Source: an archaeon (GTDB taxonomy: Archaea > Asgardarchaeota > Thorarchaeia > Thorarchaeales > Thorarchaeaceae). From it: a stretch of DNA of 64,000 nucleotides. Below, one piece after another: positions 47,008 through 57,110 of the stretch. Position numbers and translations under genes: made by a program. The stretch is from positions 1-64,000 of the forward strand of contig JAJRWI010000010.1 of assembly GCA_024276825.1 (NCBI GenBank), given 5' to 3'. Position 1 is the first letter of the stretch. Every line of letters starts with the position of its first letter. The notes under the pieces were generated by a model. The model had not been told where the DNA came from and did no database searches. It saw only the letters and a list, made by a program, of their open reading frames with translations.

Positions 47008-47703
47008 TTATTGACTCTCGGCAGATGTCCCATTATTAATCATTTTCTGGGCATATCTCAATCTCTGAACCACTGTAATATGCGAAAGTATGCCAACTAT
47101 TACTATGCAGAGAGTAAGGATATTGACAATGTTTAGGGATACAAGCCAGTCATTAATGAGAGCTGGCAAGTATAAGGAGTAGCCAATCCAACCATCAATT
47201 GGATCAATCGATAATAAAAGTATTCCAGCAATTGTCAGAATGAGCTTCTCTTGACGTTCTGCAATACCCACTGTGCAACTCTCCAATCCGCCAACTGATT
47301 CGGCTTTGGCCCGTGTAAAGCTGGCCATTATCATACCAAACAGTGTAAAGTAGCCCCATTCCCAAGGAATGAATTTAGTGGCCGATGTCATGGGTCCCAA
47401 CATCAGACCAAACATGAAGATGAACTCAGCATATCGATCAAGTGTGTGATCGAGTGTCGCACCAAATGGGGAGCTTAGATTGGCTGCTCTAGCAACAGCA
47501 CCATCAAACATATCCATGACGATTGTCAGAATCATAAACACAAGTCCTATGATAAGACTGCCCAGATAGAAGTAGTAAGCTGAAATCAATGCTACAAGAA
47601 CTGTGAGAATTGTGATCTTATTCGGTGTTATTCCGGTTCTTGCAAGTGCTCGTCCCACTGGCATCATTACCTTTTGATATCTTTCTCTGAGCTGTCCTAA
47701 CAT
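47008..47703 (-). CDS. CDP-alcohol phosphatidyltransferase (archaetidylinositol-phosphate synthase-like)
   Basis: TPNKIT, DMFDGAVAR....S.FGA.LD.TLDR, RAKAE, G.AER. Confidence 0.85.
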   Translation of the reverse strand: MLGQLRERYQKVMMPVGRALARTGITPNKITILTVLVALISAYYFYLGSLIIGLVFMILTIVMDMFDGAVARAANLSSPFGATLDHTLDRYAEFIFMFGLMLGPMTSATKFIPWEWGYFTLFGMIMASFTRAKAESVGGLESCTVGIAERQEKLILTIAGILLLSIDPIDGWIGYSLYLPALINDWLVSLNIVNILTLCIVIVGILSHITVVQRLRYAQKMINNGTSAESQ

Positions 47704-47785
47704 GGTTGATACTTCCAGATTGCTAGCTGGTAGCGCACCATCGGCCAATTTGGTCTGTCTAATAAAGATACTGAGTGAGGCGCTT

Positions 47786-49450
47786 TTATAGAACGCTTGA
47801 TATTCTATCAGCAACCCACCTCTGCCCAAGCATCTTTATGAATGGCGCTAGACGCGGCCCTGACTTTCGAGATATCAGAATCCTATATAGGACCATAAAT
47901 GCACGACGTTCCTTCAGACCGACTGCACGAGCCTCCTCAAAAACAGCAGACTGAAGTGTGTCCTCATCAAGGTCCTTTTCTTGCAGCACATCCACTATGC
48001 GTTTCAGGAATTCCTTATCAGTGTCTGTCAATGTCGCACGAATCTCATCGGGAACTCTGTCAGGGACATCAATTCTGTCGTTCTTTGAGCCGAACAGCTC
48101 AACCCAGCGCCGTGCCCGATTAAGTCGTTTCACTATATGATTATCTGTCTCCTCAGTTAAAGTGTCAATATTATGTTGTTTCATGATCACCTCGCGTGAT
48201 CGTTCAAGTACAATCTCATGTCCGAGTATGCCTTCCAATTGGGACATCACAATGGCGTACTTGAATGGTAGCTTGGGAGGGCATTGAGCAGAAGGTTCGC
48301 CAACAAGAGTTAGGGGATAAACAAGTTTGACTAATTCTCTGTATTGGCCATCAGCCTTCTCAAGGCCATAGTATATTCTCTCAAACCGTTCATATTCATC
48401 AATCAGATCGGGAAGCCGTTCTGGTTGGATGTTTATCGCCCTTGCAAGGTCTGTTCGAAGCATGAAGAATCGATAGAGTTCAGGAGGAGCAATCTCTGCC
48501 CATAAATGAGGGACAAACACTATCCCTTCAGATGTGCTCATATCGCGGCCCCCAATCCTGACCCATTCATAGGGGACTTTAACAGGACCGTCCCACTTGA
48601 ACACCCTCCGGGAGATCTCAAGACCAGTGTCATAGGATCCTCCTTTGACAGCATGATCTTTGCCAGCAGGTTCACATGTGACGCTCAATATATACCACTT
48701 CGATGGCCAGTCTACACGCCATACAAGTTTGATCCGAACATCCGTGAGGGGCAATGTGTCAGAATGTCCACATGCATGGCATGTGAATGAAACAAGGTCA
48801 TTCTCAGGATCATATACAGTGACTCGATTCGGTCTTATCTCACCCTTGACCCCAGATTGGAGATGGCCGCATTTGGGACAGACCACTGAGGCAGGATACC
48901 AGTTCTTCATTGATTGAATATATTTCTCGCGCTGTTCATTGTTGAAGTCGCGCCCTACATAGTCAATCATAATCTCTCTGATAACCTCAGTGTTCTTTAG
49001 ACAGGTTCTAACAGCCTTACGCATCTCGGGGGTTTCATAGATTTTGGATGTCCAGACCACCTCGGGGTCAACCCCAAATTCCGGGAAGGTTTCAATCAGT
49101 TCGTTTGCCCAATGAGCGCCGTAGCTCTCGCAACACCCAAATTCATCAGGCACATCGCAATAGGGAATGCCAACCCAATCTTCAATCTTGAGCGACACCG
49201 ACTTGGGAAATGATCGCACGGGGTCATAGTCGTCCACAACAAACATTGTCTTTGCCCGTTTTCCCAGTTTAACGAGCTCTCGTTTAATCACATCACTTAT
49301 TATCAGTTCACGCATGAAGCCGATATGAATACTACCACTTGGGCTTTTTCCCGAGCTGATGATATATTCATCAGCATCACGCTCTAGGACTCTGTTAACA
49401 ACTTCTGATATCCAGTGAATTGAGAGCTCTTCGTGGGCATCGTCTGTCAT
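47786..49450 (-). CDS. lysS: Class I lysine--tRNA ligase
   Basis: SPSGSIHIG, DDYD, CPKCG, C.ACG, WRVDWP, EPAGKDH, MSTS, GPRL. Confidence 0.93.
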   Translation of the reverse strand: MTDDAHEELSIHWISEVVNRVLERDADEYIISSGKSPSGSIHIGFMRELIISDVIKRELVKLGKRAKTMFVVDDYDPVRSFPKSVSLKIEDWVGIPYCDVPDEFGCCESYGAHWANELIETFPEFGVDPEVVWTSKIYETPEMRKAVRTCLKNTEVIREIMIDYVGRDFNNEQREKYIQSMKNWYPASVVCPKCGHLQSGVKGEIRPNRVTVYDPENDLVSFTCHACGHSDTLPLTDVRIKLVWRVDWPSKWYILSVTCEPAGKDHAVKGGSYDTGLEISRRVFKWDGPVKVPYEWVRIGGRDMSTSEGIVFVPHLWAEIAPPELYRFFMLRTDLARAINIQPERLPDLIDEYERFERIYYGLEKADGQYRELVKLVYPLTLVGEPSAQCPPKLPFKYAIVMSQLEGILGHEIVLERSREVIMKQHNIDTLTEETDNHIVKRLNRARRWVELFGSKNDRIDVPDRVPDEIRATLTDTDKEFLKRIVDVLQEKDLDEDTLQSAVFEEARAVGLKERRAFMVLYRILISRKSGPRLAPFIKMLGQRWVADRISSVL

Positions 49451-49497
49451 GTTAATCCTCATGACTAGACAAGTCTGTTCTCTAAAGAAGATTACTC

Positions 49498-51348
49498 TCA
49501 AACTGAGAATTCTGAAACTCTAAGATCAGTTCTACTACTAAAGACCATGTAAACAGGAATTGCTGCCAGCACAACCACTACAACCAAAGCTATTGCCATC
49601 AATGCCATTGATAGTGGTAGGAATACAATTGATGGTACTGCGGCTTCTGGAACAAGGAGGTAGACACTGAAAAGGGTTGCAGCGAATATCGCGGGTATGC
49701 CCGATGCCATTCCAATCCCCACGCCTTCTGCAATCATGGTCTTTGCAATGAACGAGGGCTTGGCACCCACCGACCGCATTATTACATAGTCTCGGAATCT
49801 GCTAAAGACAGACACTAGAATGTAGTTCATCAGACTAAGAAATGAACTTATCAGAGCAATGACGGGGAGAGGCATCAGTAATGACCAGAAAGACCGGATT
49901 GTTAGTATATTATGCTCTAATACATCATTTTGCAGATAAATGCTAAGATTCCATTTAGCTGCCAAGGCTTCCAACTGAGAGATATAGGCTTCCGAGTACT
50001 CCTCTATCTGAACCAGGAGTAAATTGGTCCCCGACACATCCCAATAGTCTTGCATGTCCTCAAGAGGCATCAGTGCAACCATGCCACCATTTAGAATATC
50101 AAAAGCGATTCCCTGAACATGAATGGATTTGCCGCGTATCCCGAAGCTCTGAATAAGAGGGTCATCAAAATAATTCAGTGCAAATTCACCGCCGACCCAC
50201 GCCTGGCCATGATCATCGATCTCGAGTCCTTCATAATACCAATCGGACAAGGTCTCATTCCAGTTTAGACCAACAATAAGAGCAGATCCGTTTCTTGTTT
50301 GTCCCACCAGTTCATATTGCTCGAGAGTAGGATTCCACACACTCACTTGGTTCTCCACGAACTCTTCATAGGCAAGAAGTCGTGACTCTGTCTGTGTCAC
50401 CCAGTATAGTGATTCGACTTGATCAATCAGTTCTGGTGGTATCATATGTTCATTCTCAAGAAAATCAAACGAATCATTAACAGGGTTACCCGTAAGAGAA
50501 TAAGCATCATAGTATTGTTGTAGTAAGGAGGGGTTGCCAATGGCGACAATATTCTGACCCATGGAACGTATCACATAAGCATCGGTGGTTGTTTCAACAA
50601 TTCCACCGCCAATCCAAAGAATAGATGCGAGAGAGATACTGAAGAACAGTGCAAGCATGACTCTTTTCGTGCCTTTAACGCGACGACCAGTGGCCTTAGA
50701 TGCGATTCTGAAGGATATTCCGAATCCATCAAGAAACCCGTGTTTCTTCACACGTGTGCCAAGATCTGGATTAAGGGCTTTGAAGGGGGTCATATTGACA
50801 AGTTCATACAATGGCTTCTGAGCTGATATATATCCAGTAAACAGAAAGATCACAGTCATGACAATTATCTGCAGGAGTGGAAATTGAAACGTGAATGTGA
50901 TAGACGGTATCATGAAGGCCAGCCAAATCAGGCCTAATAGGTATATCAGCACGCCTATGGATATTCCAAGAATAAGGCTTAGGACAAGAACAATCATTGC
51001 CTGGGCCATGAAATGATCGAATATTGTGTCCATTAACGTTCCGATGGACTTCATTAGGCCAATATCTTTTCTTCTGTTTAATATCTCAGTTGATAGAGTG
51101 CTGGATATTACAACAATTCCAAGAAGAATAACAAGAAAGAGGACAGACCAGATGAAGGTTTCAAAGAAGACTCCAAGGGCAGAGCTCATAGCCCCAGATG
51201 TGAGAACACTTGTGACGTCCAAGAGCAGGTTGCTGAACAGGAATAGAAATGTGGTTGTTGCTATGACAGTGATTAAGGAGAGAAGAGTCATTGAGGTATG
51301 GAACGGGCGCCTTTTGAGATCAGTAGATGCATAGTCTTGTTCACTCAT
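49498..51348 (-). CDS. FtsX/MacB-type ABC permease
   Basis: Two FtsX repeats (RRKDIGLMKSIG, RFRDYVIMRSVGA) and an extracellular domain. Confidence 0.85.
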   Translation of the reverse strand: MSEQDYASTDLKRRPFHTSMTLLSLITVIATTTFLFLFSNLLLDVTSVLTSGAMSSALGVFFETFIWSVLFLVILLGIVVISSTLSTEILNRRKDIGLMKSIGTLMDTIFDHFMAQAMIVLVLSLILGISIGVLIYLLGLIWLAFMIPSITFTFQFPLLQIIVMTVIFLFTGYISAQKPLYELVNMTPFKALNPDLGTRVKKHGFLDGFGISFRIASKATGRRVKGTKRVMLALFFSISLASILWIGGGIVETTTDAYVIRSMGQNIVAIGNPSLLQQYYDAYSLTGNPVNDSFDFLENEHMIPPELIDQVESLYWVTQTESRLLAYEEFVENQVSVWNPTLEQYELVGQTRNGSALIVGLNWNETLSDWYYEGLEIDDHGQAWVGGEFALNYFDDPLIQSFGIRGKSIHVQGIAFDILNGGMVALMPLEDMQDYWDVSGTNLLLVQIEEYSEAYISQLEALAAKWNLSIYLQNDVLEHNILTIRSFWSLLMPLPVIALISSFLSLMNYILVSVFSRFRDYVIMRSVGAKPSFIAKTMIAEGVGIGMASGIPAIFAATLFSVYLLVPEAAVPSIVFLPLSMALMAIALVVVVVLAAIPVYMVFSSRTDLRVSEFSV

Positions 51349-52117
51349 CCGGAATCAACTCGCCATGAGACATATGAAAGAGTCGTGCGGAAGGAGCCCT
51401 GATAATCTTCTCATCATGTGTCATTACAACCACCGTTTTCCCATTTCGGTTAAGATCTAGGAGGATATCACGCACCATGTTTGAGCTCTCTTCATCTAGA
51501 TTAGCAGTTGGTTCATCAGCAAGGATTATTGGCGGGTCATTCGCCATCGCGCGGGCAATTGCTACACGTTGCTGTTCTCCAGAACTTAACTGCCAAGGCA
51601 AGTGGTCCAGTCGTTCTTCAAGCTTGACTTGCTGCAAGAGGTGTTTCGCATCCTCACGAAGGCGCTTAATGGAACGTGGGAACAATTGCATTGGAAACAT
51701 CACATTCTCAATAGCAGTCAGTGTGGAGATGAGGTTATAACTCTGAAATATGAAGCCAGTGTTCTGAAGTCGAAAGGTAGCTCTGAAGCTCTCATCATAG
51801 TCGCCAATAGGGACATCCATCACCGTGATCCTGCCAGATGTAGGAAGGTCTATTGCACCAATTATGTTTAGTAGTGTGGTCTTGCCAGAACCAGAAGGAC
51901 CATAGATTACTATCAGGTCGCCAGGGCTCACATTAAGACTGATGTTGCGTACTGCATGAATGATACGGCCACCCAGATTATAATCGCGGGACACATTTTC
52001 AAGGCGTATTGCATGCTTGACAGGGAAAAGTCCCTCTAGATCGTCAAGGTCAACTTCTTCATCCTGAGGATGGCTCCCAAGAATTGTATCATCGTCCATT
52101 TGTTTTAGACACTCCAT
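51341..52117 (-). CDS. ABC ATPase, LolD/MacB type
   Basis: GPSGSGKTT, LSSGEQQRVAIARA, ADEPTANLD. Confidence 0.92.
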   Translation of the reverse strand: MECLKQMDDDTILGSHPQDEEVDLDDLEGLFPVKHAIRLENVSRDYNLGGRIIHAVRNISLNVSPGDLIVIYGPSGSGKTTLLNIIGAIDLPTSGRITVMDVPIGDYDESFRATFRLQNTGFIFQSYNLISTLTAIENVMFPMQLFPRSIKRLREDAKHLLQQVKLEERLDHLPWQLSSGEQQRVAIARAMANDPPIILADEPTANLDEESSNMVRDILLDLNRNGKTVVVMTHDEKIIRAPSARLFHMSHGELIPDE

Positions 52118-52173
52118 AGGATAATATGATTCACAATAGATTCATCAATTCACCATGTGAACGGTTCATGCGG

Positions 52174-52932
52174 CTATAGCAGTCTCATTCCCGTGATTGC
52201 ATCTCTTGCCCAGTCCATTAGAGCCAAGGGTCGTTCCCTTCCAAAGACCTTGATTGTCTTCAGAATTCCCATGTCCACCAAGTTATTCGCATAGTAGGAT
52301 ATCAGGCTCTTCTCGAGTGAAAGAGTCCTACTTAATTCGGCTTGAGTTATCCGATCGTGCTTCATGCTCTGGGAGATAATTGATTTAATGGTTGGATTGC
52401 GAATTAATGATGCGAGCTGTAATATGTTATCGTCTTCTGCGAAGTCATATGAGAAGAAATGTCGTGTATTACCACTCTGAAATGATATGATGAGGCCTTC
52501 ATTCAGAAGGTTAGTGATATGGTATTGAAGGGCACCCATTGCACACCCTAGAACACGGTGTAGTTCGCGTAAATGTATGCCAGGACTTTGAACTATCTCT
52601 TCTATTATTCGATCGCGAAGTTTCTTGCTCTTAACATCGCCCCTGCCATCAGCTACAATGGTACCTATTGCTATGACAATGGTTGTAGGTAGGGGATTAA
52701 TCAATGTCTCATGCAAGAAAGCCATTGTGCCGCTGCATGCTGAAACAGTGACTATGCCCAACTCCAAGCCAGCTATATTGGATGAACTGTGGGGTGATGC
52801 ATCCTGAGCTTTAAGAAAACTTGTTGATGTGTTCATTGGGCTAAGGAGAAGGGCCAATATCCCAGATGTGATTAAGGTCAGCGTCATTACAAGTGTTAGT
52901 ATATCAACCCTTCTTGTCATAGTCAATACCAC
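52174..52932 (-). CDS. Membrane-associated double winged-helix regulator
   Basis: N-terminal hydrophobic segments; R..I...I...PGIH.REL and TQAELS..L HTH repeats. Confidence 0.75.
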   Translation of the reverse strand: MVLTMTRRVDILTLVMTLTLITSGILALLLSPMNTSTSFLKAQDASPHSSSNIAGLELGIVTVSACSGTMAFLHETLINPLPTTIVIAIGTIVADGRGDVKSKKLRDRIIEEIVQSPGIHLRELHRVLGCAMGALQYHITNLLNEGLIISFQSGNTRHFFSYDFAEDDNILQLASLIRNPTIKSIISQSMKHDRITQAELSRTLSLEKSLISYYANNLVDMGILKTIKVFGRERPLALMDWARDAITGMRLL

Positions 52933-53031
52933 TCTTCAATATGTGTCAATTCAGTTAAAAATGATGAATAAACCATAAATGTACTATACGTTAGCGGCCG
53001 AAATGGCTGCATCCCACTTATTATTCTATTG

Positions 53032-53580
53032 TTACCCAGTCCCCCTAGAGGGATAAGTGAGTTTGATCTGAAACTGGCACATATTTGCACCCATGGACAT
53101 GCACTGTGTTTCTTCAACAGTCAGCTTTTCATACACGATTCGATTCCAGTCTGTCAGATATTCAAGAACTGCCTCAATGAATCCTTTTAGAAAATAGCAG
53201 GAGGGCTCTGTGCTCTCAAGGCCTGCTGCATATGGATTGTCCGCAATGTCTATGATTGCCTCTTCATCAAGCCATAACTTATAGAGTTTTGAGATCTTGA
53301 TATCACCAAATGGCACAATTAGATTCTCGAGGGCCATTTTGATGAATTCAATTATCCCCTTAAAATCACCAGGTGGCTTTTGTTTTCCAATCTTGAAATA
53401 TTCTGTCTGAGCCTGAAGACCTGCCAGACGACCTGCAGCGTAATAGAGGTCACGCACTCTATCAGGAAACATCACTGCAATTCGATTACCAAGAATTGTC
53501 CAAGTCTTGCTGAAGAACGCACGCATTGTTTCGCGTTCCTTTAATTTTCCTGTCCACCATTGGAACACTTTGTCTGTCAT
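53032..53580 (-). CDS. V4R domain protein
   Basis: LYYAAG..AG, P.C.F.KG, EETQCMSMGANMCQF. Confidence 0.85.
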   Translation of the reverse strand: MTDKVFQWWTGKLKERETMRAFFSKTWTILGNRIAVMFPDRVRDLYYAAGRLAGLQAQTEYFKIGKQKPPGDFKGIIEFIKMALENLIVPFGDIKISKLYKLWLDEEAIIDIADNPYAAGLESTEPSCYFLKGFIEAVLEYLTDWNRIVYEKLTVEETQCMSMGANMCQFQIKLTYPSRGTG

Positions 53581-53676
53581 CTTGCAATCTCCTACGTGAA
53601 TTTAAGATGCATTGCTCGTTAAATGCTTTATGAGGACAAATAGCAATGTTCATTGCATCTGAAGCTTACTGTTTGG

Positions 53677-54150
53677 TTATGCGAGACGCACATTCCAAGT
53701 GCACATATCCGCACCAGTGGCCCGGCTCATTTCTTGGAAAACATTTGCTTGAACTCCCTTGAACTCAAGGATTGCCTGAAGAATTCCACTAAATATCTCA
53801 CAATATCCAAAACCACGCATACCCTCAAGATTGACATCTTGACACCAGATGCAGTTCTTATCCGAAACCCTTACTGATCCTCTAGCAGTGTCCATGTCTA
53901 TCTCAGACGCTCTCTTATCGTACAAGGCTCGAAAGACAACATCAATCAGTTTAGCGACATCCTCTCGAGTTGTGACCGTTTCTTTGGTCTTGCTCTCAAT
54001 GTCAGTGCTCATATAAAGCTGAAAGCCAAGTTCTTTGCCTAGGTCTCGAAGCTTCTGGTTAGCCTCTTCAACACTGTTGGTTTCTGAGAGAGTTTGCTCA
54101 ACAATATGAGAATATAGACTTACTAGTATGGGATTCTCAATCTTTGCCAT
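53677..54150 (-). CDS. TRAPPC3/Bet3-like (V4R-fold) protein
   Basis: LY..IV......VEE.N.KL..LG..LG, NCIWC, YC.IFSGIL.A.LE. Confidence 0.75.
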   Translation of the reverse strand: MAKIENPILVSLYSHIVEQTLSETNSVEEANQKLRDLGKELGFQLYMSTDIESKTKETVTTREDVAKLIDVVFRALYDKRASEIDMDTARGSVRVSDKNCIWCQDVNLEGMRGFGYCEIFSGILQAILEFKGVQANVFQEMSRATGADMCTWNVRLA

Positions 54151-54174
54151 TGCTACGTCTCACCTGTAGTAGTT

Positions 54175-55149
54175 CTATATGGTCCTTCCAATCATTTTCA
54201 TGCCATATTTGCGATAACGAGCAAGAGTCTGAATCACTTTGGGATGGGGAATTCCTGTGATCTCTGCAATCTGCTCGGGAGTTTTAGTGCCATCACATAG
54301 TCGGACAATCTCAATGTCGGGAGCTTGCACTTTATCTAATGGCCCTTCATATTTTGGACATTTGATAAATCGCCCCATTGTTGTTTTTGAAGTTTCAGCT
54401 TCACTTTCTGCCTTATGAACTGGGACCTCTATGATCTTTCTCACAGCAGCCCATTTTAACAAGTTTACAACACGTTCTGTTGGTTGAAACATTGAATCAG
54501 CAATCTTTTCGACAGACAGGATCCCATCCACAAGCATTAGGACATCAAATCCGAAGTTGCGATGTGCTTGTTTCATTTCTTCATATAGGCTCGATTCCAG
54601 TGATAATGCAGAGGCATATGCAGGCCCTCGCTTTGGAACAGTGGAAGGAGTGATGATGAAAGACTCTGGACTTAGTTCAGGCTCTTCAGTGACTGGCTCT
54701 GCGGCAGGGGTGGAGACCTTGGTCACAGCAAGAGATTCTGGTGCTGTAGCAGCAGCTTTCATTGCAATGCTCTCAAGAACCTGCAGATTGTCTTCTGATG
54801 ACTCTTCAAAGTCATCCGGAGGTGGTGGTAAGACACTTCCTTCTAGAAGACGCAATACATTCTTTGTCTTTGCAATTGCAAGACCCAGCTGCAATTCAGG
54901 GACATATAGAACTGTCAATATCCAGTTGTCATCAACTGGCGATAGTACAACAAGACCCTGATCAGTATCAATAGTCATCAAGCGTAGGTCAGACTTGTAA
55001 AGGTTGATACTGTCTTTTACTCGTGGAAACAACTCATCAGGAAAAGAAAAGCTAACAAATGGTCGCCCCTGTTTTGTCATGAGAGAGTATCCAATCACTT
55101 GTTCGTCAAACCGAAGTTTTGAGAGAGCTCGTTCCAAGTCGCCGGACAT
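54175..55149 (-). CDS. Roadblock-like N-domain + Pro/acidic linker + two winged-helix-like domains
   Basis: V.GY.L....G.P, W.L.V.Y....LG..I roadblock-like pattern; VDG..SV..IA and CDG.KT..QIA; paralog of 57111-58028. Confidence 0.6.
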   Translation of the reverse strand: MSGDLERALSKLRFDEQVIGYSLMTKQGRPFVSFSFPDELFPRVKDSINLYKSDLRLMTIDTDQGLVVLSPVDDNWILTVLYVPELQLGLAIAKTKNVLRLLEGSVLPPPPDDFEESSEDNLQVLESIAMKAAATAPESLAVTKVSTPAAEPVTEEPELSPESFIITPSTVPKRGPAYASALSLESSLYEEMKQAHRNFGFDVLMLVDGILSVEKIADSMFQPTERVVNLLKWAAVRKIIEVPVHKAESEAETSKTTMGRFIKCPKYEGPLDKVQAPDIEIVRLCDGTKTPEQIAEITGIPHPKVIQTLARYRKYGMKMIGRTI

Positions 55150-55333
55150 GATATTGCACCTATCTTGAAATAGACTGACCTACTTATACATACTTTCTTT
55201 CTAAAGGATTGATTAAAGGATTGTGGTCGTGTATTCATCCATCTTGGAGCCTTAATAACGCTCGAATTTATGCAATTTAGAAAGCATTAAGAGAGTATTC
55301 ATTTGTGAGGCTGCTAAGAAGGTTGTCAACAAC

Positions 55334-55885
55334 ATGAGAAACTTCCTTTCAGCTCTGATCGCACTTAACATTGGGTCATTAATGGTAATGGGTCTTGCAA
55401 GTCAACATTATCCAGATACATTTGAGCCGATTGCATTTCTGCTGAATGGAAGTGGTGTGTTGATGACCCTGGTGGACGGTCTTTTGTCATTCAGATTTGA
55501 TGCTCTTGTTCTCAGCGCTTGGCTGGCCATGGGCTTAATAGTTGGACTGACTGCCGAGTCAAGATGGAACTCTGTAAGAACTGTGATCTGGATTGGGGTC
55601 ATCATGGCGATTTGTAATCTTGCTGCAGTGTTTTTAATCAACCCTGGACTTTGGAGCTCGAATCAAGTCGAGAGAAACATACTTATAATTGCCCAGCTAA
55701 TCAAAGGGCCGTTCATTGCATTATTCACTCTCATTACGGCTTTACCAATAATGGCCATAATTGGACGGGCCAAGAAACCAATGCAGATTGAACCCAAGCC
55801 AATTATAACAGTCTGCGAGTGCGGAGCAGTGTTCAAGTCAAAGCCAGCAATCTGTTCAGAATGTGGTAGGGTTCTAAATGATTAG
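55334..55885 (+). CDS. Membrane protein with C-terminal Zn ribbon
   Basis: About 4 TM; CECG...CSECG. Confidence 0.7.
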   Translation: MRNFLSALIALNIGSLMVMGLASQHYPDTFEPIAFLLNGSGVLMTLVDGLLSFRFDALVLSAWLAMGLIVGLTAESRWNSVRTVIWIGVIMAICNLAAVFLINPGLWSSNQVERNILIIAQLIKGPFIALFTLITALPIMAIIGRAKKPMQIEPKPIITVCECGAVFKSKPAICSECGRVLND

Positions 55886-56032
55886 GTTCATGCACAGCAT
55901 TAAGTCGGCAAAGAAGGGAGCATGATTTGAATATGGTACTCTGAACAAAGATAATTACAGCTCAGTAGAGTTCAGCCTATTTCATACTGACTTTACTGAA
56001 CTGAGGTTTGCTTTACCACTGATTCAATTGGA

Positions 56033-56536
56033 TTAACGTTCACGTGTTATTGCGCCACCCAGCAGGCCACCAATGACAGCTGCGATTCCAGGATAAAGAC
56101 ACCCTTGAAATGTGACTTGCATGAGTATCATAGACTCAGTGCCGAACAGGTTCATAATATCACCATATGGTTGAATGAAGAATACCAGCAGCCACATTAG
56201 TAGCGAGCCTATAAACACTGCAAAGAGTGAGGAAAAAATACCCTGAGGAATGCCGCGTGATAACAGGCCCGCAATGAGTCCTGCAATCCCCCAAGACAGC
56301 CATGTAAGGACGGTCGTATGTGTAGCGCCAACATGAATCTGAGCGCCTAGATAAGGAGGATAGAGAACAGTTCCAACGATGGCCAATCGTAATTCAAGAT
56401 CGCTGTAATTCAAGAAATCGGTGACAATATCGGGACTGACAACTTCTGCAGGCATCAGTAATCCCAGAGTAAGAATCAAGAAGGCAAAAGCAAAAGCAAC
56501 TATGAGACCGATTAAAGCAGATATTCCTTGGTTCAT
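56033..56536 (-). CDS. Hypothetical membrane protein (4-5 TM)
   Basis: Hydrophobic ORF with Gly-rich helices; GGAGG RBS. Confidence 0.7.
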   Translation of the reverse strand: MNQGISALIGLIVAFAFAFLILTLGLLMPAEVVSPDIVTDFLNYSDLELRLAIVGTVLYPPYLGAQIHVGATHTTVLTWLSWGIAGLIAGLLSRGIPQGIFSSLFAVFIGSLLMWLLVFFIQPYGDIMNLFGTESMILMQVTFQGCLYPGIAAVIGGLLGGAITRER

Positions 56537-56603
56537 TTAATTCCTCCTTTTGATTATTGTCTTTATAGAGTAGAGCTATTTATCATTATTCAATTTTATT
56601 TAA

Positions 56604-57110
56604 TCAGACCAGCTGGCGAATTGTCCAAGTACAGACTTCATCTCCAAGAGCACGGCAAGACTCTTGATAGGTATCACCCTTGAAACCTCTAAGGTCTAGA
56701 ACTGCCTTGAAAACCCCACTAATAAGATTGCAGTACTGAAGACCAGGCATGTCAGTGATCTGAACGCCTTGGCATAGTACACAGTTCTCATCAGAGAACT
56801 TGATTGTATTTTTATCTTCACTTATCCATACATTTGTGAATTCTCGACCAGAGTTCACTTTATAGGCAAGTTGTAATGTTGAAGCAAACTCATGAAAGGC
56901 TGCTGCATGCTTGCGAATCCGCTCAGCATAGTCCATTAGCAGATGCTCGCCTACTTTGAACCCGATGTTCTTCAGCTTCAGATTTATCTCATCAACGTTA
57001 GAACTGCTCTGAATCAGAAGATTCAGGAGTTCTCTGTAAGTCGCTTGAAAGAGCGGTTTTGAAACCTTATCTATTTTCAATGTCCACGCTAGTTTTCCTT
57101 TGACACCCAT
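56604..57110 (-). CDS. TRAPPC3/Bet3-like protein
   Basis: KVSKPLFQATYRELL..., VDEINLKLKNIGFKVGEHLLMDY, YCNLISGVFKAVL closely follow eukaryotic Bet3 helices. Confidence 0.8.
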   Translation of the reverse strand: MGVKGKLAWTLKIDKVSKPLFQATYRELLNLLIQSSSNVDEINLKLKNIGFKVGEHLLMDYAERIRKHAAAFHEFASTLQLAYKVNSGREFTNVWISEDKNTIKFSDENCVLCQGVQITDMPGLQYCNLISGVFKAVLDLRGFKGDTYQESCRALGDEVCTWTIRQLV

